This document shows, piece after piece, positions 56,226-64,000 of a stretch of DNA of 64,000 nt; position 1 is the stretch's first letter; each line of letters starts with the position of its first letter. This DNA comes from Acidobacteriota bacterium (GTDB lineage Bacteria > Acidobacteriota > UBA6911 > RPQK01 > JAJDTT01). The DNA lies in assembly GCA_965209055.1 (NCBI GenBank), contig OZ242374.1:96001-160000 (forward strand), written 5' to 3'. The notes beneath the pieces were generated by a model. The model saw only the letters and a list, made by a program, of their open reading frames with translations, did not search any database and was not told the DNA's origin. The translations under genes were made by a program, and so were the position numbers.

Positions 56226-57884
56226 ATGAACGTTTCCAAGTCGGATTCAACCCCGGTCGCACTCCCGCGATCGGGATCTGTGCGCCTTCCGGCGTGTCTT
56301 TTGGCCTGTTTTCTCTGGACTGGCGGCGGGATCGCCATGGCGGCCGGGCCGGAACCGGTTCAGATCGGTAAGCAGAAGCAGCTCTTCCTGGACGACCGGA
56401 TCGTGGCGTCCCGGCGAGGCGTCTATTCGCTGGTCAATCAACCGCTGAAATACGCCGGAAACCCCGTCCTGCAGATGGACCGCTGCTGGGGCGCCGACAT
56501 GGATTTCGGACACAGCAACCTGATCTACGACCGGGAAGAGAAGATCTACAAGATGTGGAACCAGGTGGTGGACTATCTCTGGAAGGAGAACCTTCTGGGG
56601 TATTACACCTCCGTCAACGGCATCGACTGGGAGGCGCCGGCGGTGGGGCAGTTCGACTTCCGTTCGCCATTCTGCAGAGGGCGGTCCTCCCGGGAGCACA
56701 ATTTCGTCTTCGGCAAGCCGGGAGGAGTCCGGGCGCCGGGAGTGTTCAAGGATCCCCACGAAAAGGACCCGGAGAAGCGCTACAAGATGCTCTACCGGCG
56801 TCCCTCGCTCAAGCCGGGGCAAGAGGGATTCCACGCCGAGACCGTCAAGGGGGGTGTCTGGGCGGCCCATTCGCCCGACGGGATCCGCTGGACCAACTAT
56901 CCCAGTCCCCAAGTCAATCCCGTCTACATGAACAACGACACCCACCAGGTGGTGTTCTGGGACCAGGCCCGAAGCCGGTACGTGGCCCACATTCGGCTCT
57001 GGCCTCCCCTCTTCGAAGGCGATTCCCGATTCCTGGCGCGAGAGGGCCGCGTACGGGCTCCCGGCATCGCCACCAGCACCGATTTCCTGAAGTGGGACGC
57101 GCCCCGGGGGATGAAGGACCCGGTGGAGGTCAACCGGCCCTACCTCCTGATCCCGCCCGAAGAGAGGGACGCTCCCTGCACCGGAGGCTTCTACACCTTG
57201 GAGTGCCTGCCGTACGAGAACCAGTACGTGGCCTTTCTGACCCGCTACCACATCTGCAGCGGGATGGAGCCGGGGATCCCCCCGGTCCGGGGAACCGCCC
57301 GGACGCCGTGGCTGGACACCGTGGACATCCAATTGGTCGCCAGCCGGGACGGCCGGAAGTGGCGCCGGTTGGGGAACGGCCGTCCGTTCCTGCCGGTCGG
57401 GTCCGCCGACACCTACGATGCGGGGATGGTCTACATGGCCCAGTTGCCGGTGGTGCGGAGAGACCTGGGAGAGATCTGGCTCTACTACATCGGCTACCGC
57501 AAGGGTCACTGGGCGCTTCCGCGAGGGGAGAACGAGGAGAGCAGCATCAACCTGGCCAAGTTGCGCCTGGACGGATTCGTCTCGCTGACGGCCGGGGACG
57601 GGGAGTTCACCACCAAGCCCCTGGTTTTCGACGGGGAACGACTGGAGATCAACGCCCGGACCGCGGGCGACGAGGGGCGAGTCACGGTCGAGGTTCTGGA
57701 TGCCTCGACGGGGGAACCGTTGGCGGGATTCGGCCGGGAGGATTGCGACGCCTTCCGGGGAAACTCGATCGCGCACACCGTCACCTGGAGAAACCGCCGG
57801 AATCTGAAGGATCTGGCGGGGGAACCGGTCCGGCTTCGATTTCAACTGCGGCGGGCCAAGATCTTCGCCTTTCAATTTCAGTAA
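56226..57884 (+). CDS. Secreted GH-like beta-propeller protein (paralogue 4)
   Basis: KQLFLDD, GNPVL, DPEKRYKM, SPDGIRW, SRDGRKW, LRLDGFVS, family C-terminus. Confidence 0.72.
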   Translation: MNVSKSDSTPVALPRSGSVRLPACLLACFLWTGGGIAMAAGPEPVQIGKQKQLFLDDRIVASRRGVYSLVNQPLKYAGNPVLQMDRCWGADMDFGHSNLIYDREEKIYKMWNQVVDYLWKENLLGYYTSVNGIDWEAPAVGQFDFRSPFCRGRSSREHNFVFGKPGGVRAPGVFKDPHEKDPEKRYKMLYRRPSLKPGQEGFHAETVKGGVWAAHSPDGIRWTNYPSPQVNPVYMNNDTHQVVFWDQARSRYVAHIRLWPPLFEGDSRFLAREGRVRAPGIATSTDFLKWDAPRGMKDPVEVNRPYLLIPPEERDAPCTGGFYTLECLPYENQYVAFLTRYHICSGMEPGIPPVRGTARTPWLDTVDIQLVASRDGRKWRRLGNGRPFLPVGSADTYDAGMVYMAQLPVVRRDLGEIWLYYIGYRKGHWALPRGENEESSINLAKLRLDGFVSLTAGDGEFTTKPLVFDGERLEINARTAGDEGRVTVEVLDASTGEPLAGFGREDCDAFRGNSIAHTVTWRNRRNLKDLAGEPVRLRFQLRRAKIFAFQFQ

Positions 57885-57895
57885 CGGGTGACGGC

Positions 57896-58897
57896 ATGCC
57901 GCCGGGTACGGATCTACGTCTGGGCATCCTGGGGGTCTCCCATGGCCATCCCTATTCCATGTCCGCCTTCTGCAACGGCTACGACCGGGAGGGATTGAAA
58001 GAGGCCTACCCCAACATCGTTCGCTACCTGGAGGCCCAACCGCCTGAGAACCGGCGGCTCTCCGGGGCCAGGGTGGTGTCGATCTGGGCCGAGGACCGCC
58101 GCAAGGCGGAACACGCCGCCTGGATCGGGCGGATTCCCCACGTGGCGGATCGGCCGGAGGACCTCCTGGACGGAGTGGACGGCGTCCTCATCACCGAGAA
58201 CGAGGGAGACACCCACCTTCCCCTGGCCCGGCCTTTCCTGGAACGCGGCATCCCCATCTTCTTCGACCGGCCCCTGGTCAGCCGCTGGGAAACGATGCGG
58301 CAACTGTGGAGCGAGGCGGGAGCGGACTACCCGCTCATGAGCTGCTCCAACCTGCGCTACAATCCGGCGCTCCGGGAATTCAAGGCGGAACCCGGCCCGG
58401 TGGGGACGGCCCGCCTGTTCCGAGGCCTGTCGGCCATGGACTGGTTCGGCTACGGCTGGCACATGGGAGAGACCCTGGTTCAACTCTGGGGCCGGGAACC
58501 CGTGAGCGTCGCCTTTCTGGGAGAATCGGGACCTCTCAAGACCGTTCCCTGGCGGGACGGCGCCGGGAACCGGCACCAGGTCCAAGGGGGAGACTGGTCG
58601 GTGGAGGTGACCTGGTCGAACCGGCGCCGCGCCCATCTGCAGGTCCTGCATCCCCTGGCCAAGACGTTGGAAATGTCGCTGCACGGAACCGGGGGACACT
58701 TGGTGCTGCCGGCCGACGACCCCTTCTTCATGATGCGGAGCCTGCTCGGCGACTTCACGTCCATGGTCCGGACGGGAAAGCGCCCCGTCGAGTTGATGAA
58801 CGACACGGTGGCCGTGTGCCGTATCATGATCGGCGCCGACATCTCCCGGCGGGCGGAGGGACGGAGGGTAAGGGTAGAAAACGAACTCAAGCTCTGA
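57896..58897 (+). CDS. Gfo/Idh/MocA-like NAD-binding oxidoreductase
   Basis: LRLGILG, DLLDGVDGVLI, HLPLARPFLERGIPIFFDRP, SCSNLRY, YGWH. Confidence 0.72.
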   Translation: MPPGTDLRLGILGVSHGHPYSMSAFCNGYDREGLKEAYPNIVRYLEAQPPENRRLSGARVVSIWAEDRRKAEHAAWIGRIPHVADRPEDLLDGVDGVLITENEGDTHLPLARPFLERGIPIFFDRPLVSRWETMRQLWSEAGADYPLMSCSNLRYNPALREFKAEPGPVGTARLFRGLSAMDWFGYGWHMGETLVQLWGREPVSVAFLGESGPLKTVPWRDGAGNRHQVQGGDWSVEVTWSNRRRAHLQVLHPLAKTLEMSLHGTGGHLVLPADDPFFMMRSLLGDFTSMVRTGKRPVELMNDTVAVCRIMIGADISRRAEGRRVRVENELKL

Positions 58898-58963
58898 AGC
58901 CGGTCGCCTGAGCCTTTTCGATCCACCGAGGACTGCGTTTCCTCGATGTCCCGACATTTACAC

Positions 58964-59009
58964 TTGCAAACTGAGGCTATGGTGTCATAATATGACACCA
59001 TAGCCTCAG
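58964..59009 (+). promoter_or_regulatory. hicAB promoter/operator with perfect 19-bp inverted repeat
   Basis: TTGCAA (58964), 16 nt, CATAAT; CTGAGGCTATGGTGTCATA-A-TATGACACCATAGCCTCAG (58971-59009). Confidence 0.75.
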
Positions 59010-59269
59010 CAGGTCGACATCGGAAAACACTGAATGAGATTTTTGAGCGGCCGACGCGCGCCGGCTTGGCCTGGTCGCGTATTGAGAAGTTGTTGTTGGC
59101 GCTTGGTGCGAGGTTATCGGAAGGGCGGGGTTCCCGCATCCGTGTGCACCTGAATGGAGTTCGTGCGGTGTTCCATCGTCCGCATCCTCGGAAGGAAGTC
59201 GGCAAGGGTGCGCTCAGGTCCGTTCAAAGATTCTTGAAAACGGCCGGGATCGGGCCGGAGGAGGAATAA
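59000..59269 (+). CDS. hicA: HicA-family toxin (no canonical start codon for the full-length protein)
   Basis: Frame reads IASAGRHRKTLNEIFERPTRAGLAWSRIEKLLLALGARLSEGRGSRIRV..VFHRPHP; ATA at 59000 where ATG is expected; first TTG is at 59066. Confidence 0.8.
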   Translation: MASAGRHRKTLNEIFERPTRAGLAWSRIEKLLLALGARLSEGRGSRIRVHLNGVRAVFHRPHPRKEVGKGALRSVQRFLKTAGIGPEEE

Positions 59270-59598
59270 TGCTGGAATACAAAGGATACGTTGGCCACGC
59301 CGAATACGACTCCGAAGCCCACGTATTCCATGGCGAGGTGCTGGACACGCGCGACGTGATCACTTTCGAGAGCGACACGGTCAGGGGTCTTGAGGAGGCA
59401 TTTCGTGAATCTATCGATGACTACCTGGATTTTTGCACTCAGTGCGGAGAAGATCCGGACAAACCATTTACTGGCCGCCTGACGCTGCGGCTTCCGGCTG
59501 AACTCCACCGCCGAGTCTATGTTCAGGCTAAAGAGGACGGCAAGAGCTTGAATCAATGGATTTCCGACAACCTTGAAACCCAGTTCACGAGGCGATAA
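59269..59598 (+). CDS. hicB: HicB-family antitoxin
   Basis: MLEYKGY, FHGEV..RDVITF, FRESIDDYL, PDKPFTGRLTLRLPAELH, KSLNQW (RHH); TAATG coupling. Confidence 0.92.
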   Translation: MLEYKGYVGHAEYDSEAHVFHGEVLDTRDVITFESDTVRGLEEAFRESIDDYLDFCTQCGEDPDKPFTGRLTLRLPAELHRRVYVQAKEDGKSLNQWISDNLETQFTRR

Positions 59599-59676
59599 AC
59601 CATTCAAGCAACCGGCGCCATGTGAGTTTTCTGCTGCACATCGCAGTGCCGTCAGACCAAGAAGAGATCCACCGCA

Positions 59677-60174
59677 ATGAATGACAAACGCGCGATGCTT
59701 CGGCATTTTCTCTCCGCGCTCGCCTACCGGACGCAGAAGGCGCTCCGGGGTGCGCCGGAATCCTTCGGCGCCTTTCAGGCCGGCAACCAGGTGCGGACGC
59801 CGGTCGAGCTGGTCCGGCACATGACCAGCGTTCTCGGCTACGCGCGCACGTTTTTCGAGGGAGGGCGGTACTGGCCGGAGCCGCTGCCGGACCTTGCCGC
59901 GGAAGTGAATCGATTCCATGACATGCTGGAGGATTTGTCGGAGCACCTCGTGGCCGGCACCGAACTGGAGGGAACGACCGGGGAACGGCTCCTGCAGGGA
60001 CCGTTCGCCGACGCCATGACCCATGCCGGACAGCTCGCCATGCTTCGCCGCCTGGCCGGCTCTCCGGTGCGTCCGGAGAATTTCGTGATGGCTGCCGTGG
60101 ATCCGGACAATCTCGGTCCCGACCAACCGGAGCCGGTGAGCCCCGACACGGTCTGGCCGGAGAGGCCTCGCTGA
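59677..60174 (+). CDS. DinB-superfamily-like protein
   Basis: RTPVELVRHM and DAMTHAGQLAMLRRLAG four-helix motifs. Confidence 0.65.
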   Translation: MNDKRAMLRHFLSALAYRTQKALRGAPESFGAFQAGNQVRTPVELVRHMTSVLGYARTFFEGGRYWPEPLPDLAAEVNRFHDMLEDLSEHLVAGTELEGTTGERLLQGPFADAMTHAGQLAMLRRLAGSPVRPENFVMAAVDPDNLGPDQPEPVSPDTVWPERPR

Positions 60175-60191
60175 CCGGTTCCGATTCCCCT

Positions 60192-61616
60192 CTACCGGAA
60201 GCGGAAGGAATAGAGGTCGGCGTCCTGCAACCGGATGTGGAGGCGGACCGGACGACCCGCCAGGGAGGAGACGTCCGGGCTGCCCTTCCACTTCACCACC
60301 CGGTCGATCTCGTCCCCGTAGACCTCGTCGCAGTCCTGTAGTCCGAAGCCCGGAAGCGGATTGTTGCTCCCGTCCCGAAGCTCGAAGCGGAGGCTGCCCA
60401 CGGCGGAGGTGGCGAAGTTGATCTCCAGCTCGCTCCCCGCGAAGACCAGGGGACGGGTGATGAGAATACCGCCGTCATAGTCGCCGTGGACGGAGGCGAA
60501 CCCGTCCACTCGGAGACTGAGCCGGCGGATGTGAGTGTCGTCCGTTCTCCAGTTGTGCATGGCGTACATGGACAGTTCCCGGGGTCCGGTCTGCAGGATC
60601 CCGTGTTCCATGTACAGCGCCCGCTCGTGCCACGTATTGGGATCGGGCCCCGGCCGCAGATAGGCCTCCCGGAAGGTTCGGTCCCAGTTGATGCCGTCCC
60701 GGCTGGAGAGCAGGACAATGTCGTTGACGCCGGAGCCGGCGGGCCAATCGGGAACCGGCACCCGCTCCACCACGAAGCGGGACGGGAACATGAGAAAGTA
60801 GCTGGGCGCCCGTTCGTAGACCACGGTGTCGTTGGTGTAGAACTGTTCGATGGGGGAGCTTCCCGATTCGATGAGCCGCGGCTCCGACCAGTTCCGAAAA
60901 TCCCGGGACAACGAACGGCGCACCCAGCGGACTCCCAGATCCTTCCAGGAGGTGTTGTCGATCGCCACGCCGGGGACCTTTCGGATGCCGCGCAAGTAGA
61001 TGGCGTACCGTTCCTGCTGCGGGTCCCAGATCAGGATGTTGTGGGAGTCGACCGGAAAGCTGTCGATCAGCGGCTTCTCCCGGAACGGACGCCAGTGAAT
61101 CCCATCCTCCGAGACCAATGCCCGGATCTGGTTCCGGCCGCGGATGATCCCCTTGTACCGTTCCCCGGGAGGCACATCCGGGTTCGGGTCCTTGAGAACC
61201 GAGAGGTTGCCGGCCCGGTTCTCGGCTTCCCAGACCAGGTTGGTCTTCTTGCGGTCCCCGAACGGGATCGGACCGATCATGGGTTTCACCCAGGTGATGC
61301 CGTCCTTGCTCTCGGCGTAGGCGGTCCGATGAGTGGCGGCGTCGGCGCGGTACCAGGCCCGAAACCGGTCTCCGTCCTTGAAGGCCACCATGTAGGAAAC
61401 ACCCTTCTCTTCCCACGGGTGCTCCATACGAAGAGCGGCCTCCCGTCGAACGGGAGAGTGCATCTTCAACCGGACCCCGTCCATGCGGTCGATCAGAAAT
61501 CGATCCACGAACAGTTGGCGCTCACTTCCGATTTGGGCCGGTGAATGGCCCGGTTGCAGGATGGGCATGGCCAGCAACGCCAAAAGGCATGTGGCCACTG
61601 CTTTCGAGTGATTCAT
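60192..61616 (-). CDS. Secreted GH-like beta-propeller protein (paralogue 5)
   Basis: RQLFVD, SKDGITWVKP, SEDGIHW, SRDGINW, LRVDGF; C-terminus ..DVSSLAGRPVRL matches paralogues 2 and 3. Confidence 0.72.
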   Translation of the reverse strand: MNHSKAVATCLLALLAMPILQPGHSPAQIGSERQLFVDRFLIDRMDGVRLKMHSPVRREAALRMEHPWEEKGVSYMVAFKDGDRFRAWYRADAATHRTAYAESKDGITWVKPMIGPIPFGDRKKTNLVWEAENRAGNLSVLKDPNPDVPPGERYKGIIRGRNQIRALVSEDGIHWRPFREKPLIDSFPVDSHNILIWDPQQERYAIYLRGIRKVPGVAIDNTSWKDLGVRWVRRSLSRDFRNWSEPRLIESGSSPIEQFYTNDTVVYERAPSYFLMFPSRFVVERVPVPDWPAGSGVNDIVLLSSRDGINWDRTFREAYLRPGPDPNTWHERALYMEHGILQTGPRELSMYAMHNWRTDDTHIRRLSLRVDGFASVHGDYDGGILITRPLVFAGSELEINFATSAVGSLRFELRDGSNNPLPGFGLQDCDEVYGDEIDRVVKWKGSPDVSSLAGRPVRLHIRLQDADLYSFRFR

Positions 61617-61689
61617 CTGGGATTCTCCCGGTTGGATGTTTCCGAACAGGGTGTCATGATTGGAGGCAATCCACAATTCGAGGAAAGCA

Positions 61690-63300
61690 TTGAAGCCCCG
61701 TCTGATTTTCTCTTTGGCGTGTCTCCTGGTGGCGCCCGGCCTGGAGGCGAAAACCACCGGCGTCATTCCGCTGGAGCCGGGAAAACGGGAACTCTTTCTG
61801 GACGAACACATTCTCGAAGAGACCCGGAACCTGGTCCGGAGTTTCCACCGGCCCCGCAAACGGGGGGTCGTCCTCAAGGCCGACATCCCCTCGGACGGGA
61901 CCCTCGTTCAAACGGTCAGCGCTCCCATGTGGATTCCCGATGAGGGGATTTACAAGTTCGTCTACGAAGCCAGGCACCGGCCGACCGGAGGAAAGGGCAC
62001 GACCTACTGGGCGTTGGCGCTCTCCCGGGACGGCCTCAACTGGGAAAAACCGAACTTGGGGGTGCTGGAGTTCAACGGCAACAGGGAGAACAACCTGATC
62101 GACTCTCCTGAGCGGCAGCGCCTCTGGCAGGTGGTCTACGATCCGGACGATCCGGATCCCGGGCGGCGCTACAAGGGGTTCCTGGGCGCCAGCGGGCGGC
62201 GTCCGGTGGTGAGTCCCGACTGCATCCGTTGGAAACTGCTGGAGGTGGAGAAGCTCCCTTCGGGCGATGCGGGCACCCTCACCTACGACCGGGAGAACCG
62301 CCAGTTCCTGGGATTGCTCAAGTTCCTCGGCAAGCACGGGCGCTCCTACAACCTCTCCGTCAGCAAGGACTTCGTGAACTGGTCGGAGCCTCGGTTCCTC
62401 TTCGGCACCGACGACGAGGACCAGAAAATGGCCCTGGACGTGATCCGCCGCCGGCTGGCCGATCCGGGCCTGGCCAAGCCTCTGATGGTGGATCCCGATC
62501 CGGCCACCGGTTGGACGCAGCCGCCGGGGGAATTCCGGAACCGGGGGACCTGGAACGTCCAGTGCTACAACATCGGCGTGTTTCCCTACGAAGGGATGCA
62601 CCTGGGCTGGCTCATGTTCTTCTATCCCACCGGGATCCGGCTCCCCGAGGGGACCAATACCGACGGGTTCAACGAGATGCAGTTGGCCATGACCCGCGAT
62701 CTCAAGACCTGGAAGCGGCTGGGCGGCCGCCAGCCGTTCATCTCCACCTCCCGCCTGGATGAGGGCCTGGTGGGAAACTACGACCGGCTGCAGCTCAACG
62801 TGACGAACCAACCCGTGGACCGGGGAGACGAGCTCTGGTTCTACTACACCGGCATGAAGCGCCGCGTCCCCCAGCATGACCGGTACCGGAACGGCGCGCC
62901 CCGCGATCCGTCCACCCTGTCGGCCGAGGAGCGGGCGGACTGGATCGAAGACACCCTCAGCGCCGTGTACGTCTCGGTCCTGCGCCGGGACGGGTTCATT
63001 TCGCTGGATGCGAAAGCGGCCGGGGGATTCCTGCTGACGAAACCTCTGAAGCTGGCCGGGGACCGCCTGTTCCTGAACCTCCAGGCTCCGGAAGGGGAAG
63101 CCCGGGTGGAGGTCCTGGACGAAACGGGCCGCGCCGTGCCCGGCTTCGGGCTGGATGATTCGGCGGCGGCCGGAGGGGACCGGGTCCGGGTCGCGGCCGG
63201 ATGGAAGGGAAAGGACGGATTGTCCGGCCTGGCGGGCCGGACGGTGAGGCTGAAGATCCATCTTCGGGACGCCTCGTTGTATTCCTTCTGGACCGAATGA
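61690..63300 (+). CDS. Secreted GH-like beta-propeller protein (paralogue 6; TTG start at 61690 or 61660)
   Basis: RELFLDE, SRDGLNWEKPNLG, DPGRRYKG, LRRDGFIS, family C-terminus. Confidence 0.72.
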   Translation: MKPRLIFSLACLLVAPGLEAKTTGVIPLEPGKRELFLDEHILEETRNLVRSFHRPRKRGVVLKADIPSDGTLVQTVSAPMWIPDEGIYKFVYEARHRPTGGKGTTYWALALSRDGLNWEKPNLGVLEFNGNRENNLIDSPERQRLWQVVYDPDDPDPGRRYKGFLGASGRRPVVSPDCIRWKLLEVEKLPSGDAGTLTYDRENRQFLGLLKFLGKHGRSYNLSVSKDFVNWSEPRFLFGTDDEDQKMALDVIRRRLADPGLAKPLMVDPDPATGWTQPPGEFRNRGTWNVQCYNIGVFPYEGMHLGWLMFFYPTGIRLPEGTNTDGFNEMQLAMTRDLKTWKRLGGRQPFISTSRLDEGLVGNYDRLQLNVTNQPVDRGDELWFYYTGMKRRVPQHDRYRNGAPRDPSTLSAEERADWIEDTLSAVYVSVLRRDGFISLDAKAAGGFLLTKPLKLAGDRLFLNLQAPEGEARVEVLDETGRAVPGFGLDDSAAAGGDRVRVAAGWKGKDGLSGLAGRTVRLKIHLRDASLYSFWTE

Positions 63301-64000
63301 GCGCCAAGCGAAACGGAGAATCTCCCGTGAGTCGACGCCTTTGGACCCTGTTCGCGGCCCTGACTCTCCTGCTGCTGCCGGGGCAGGGAAGATCCGCCGC
63401 CGCGGAAGAACCGGTCCCCCTGGAGCCGGGCCGCAAACAGCTCTTCCTGGACGACCACATCGTCGGCGAGATCCGGAATCTGGACCGGGTCATGCACCGG
63501 CCCGCCAAGCGGGGAGCCGTGCTGCTGCCGGACCGGCCCTGGGACGGCCGCTTCACCGCCACCGTCTCGGCGCCCATGTGGATCGAGGGGGAGGGGCGCT
63601 ACAAGATGGTCTACGAGGGACGGCCTCTCCGTTACGCCGAAGAGGGCTTCCGTTGGGCGCTGGCCACCTCCCGGGACGGCCTGGCCTGGGAAAAGCCCGA
63701 CCTGGGCGCGGTGGACTTCCGCGGGTCCCGGGCCAACAACCTCATCGCCGCTCCGGAGAACAAGCGGCTCTGGCACGTGGTCCACGATCCCGAAGATCCC
63801 GATCCCGCCCGGCGCTACAAGGGATTCCTGGGCCACAGCGGCCGCCGGCCCGTGGTGAGCCCCGACGCCGTGCACTGGACGATCCTGGAAGTTCCGGTCC
63901 TGCCGTCCGGCGATGCCGGCACCCTGACCTACGACCGGGAACGGCGCCAGTTTCTGGGCCTGCTCAAGTTCGGCGGCAAGTATGGCCGTTCCTACAACCT
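63297..64000 (+). CDS. Secreted GH-like beta-propeller protein (paralogue 7), partial; tandem copy of 61690-63300
   Basis: Not in the ORF track because it runs off the window; manual translation gives MSAKRNGESPVSRRLWTLF..PLEPGRKQLFLDDH..SAPMW..SRDGLAWEKPDLG..SGDAGTLTYD. Confidence 0.8.
   Translation, partial: MSAKRNGESPVSRRLWTLFAALTLLLLPGQGRSAAAEEPVPLEPGRKQLFLDDHIVGEIRNLDRVMHRPAKRGAVLLPDRPWDGRFTATVSAPMWIEGEGRYKMVYEGRPLRYAEEGFRWALATSRDGLAWEKPDLGAVDFRGSRANNLIAAPENKRLWHVVHDPEDPDPARRYKGFLGHSGRRPVVSPDAVHWTILEVPVLPSGDAGTLTYDRERRQFLGLLKFGGKYGRSYN

Noticed and set aside
56555-57895. N-terminal part of the 780-aa ORF
   Set aside because: Off-frame overlap with the propeller gene; the oxidoreductase begins at ATG 57896.

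Overview
GC-rich bacterial window with about 52 genes. I found no rRNA, tRNA, CRISPR array or intact mobile element. The gene content (PadR plus permease-prefix gene, TonB-dependent receptor, many secreted propeller/BNR/FG-GAP/FN3 proteins, sulfatase) resembles Acidobacteriota or similar marine or host-associated diderms; this is an inference. Order: RND efflux pair; threonine aldolase and MddA-like methyltransferase; secreted glycoside-hydrolase-like proteins and a sulfatase; PadR locus. Next is a ~16 kb block (14.6-30.5 kb) in which squalene synthesis genes (hpnCDE, no cyclase in the window), an MpaB/Lcp-like oxygenase and an MMPL/LolA-like/outer-membrane export trio sit between two copies of a STAS/anti-sigma partner-switching module, followed by a periplasmic binding protein and a histidine kinase. 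After that come a circularly permuted ATP-grasp/alpha-E/transglutaminase operon carrying an ammonium transporter and an oxoprolinase-B gene, two toxin-antitoxin pairs whose toxins look damaged, and most of the seven paralogues of one uncharacterised secreted beta-propeller family. The best candidate for an undescribed system is the squalene make-modify-export-sense locus. All calls come from motif recognition by eye; no searches were run.
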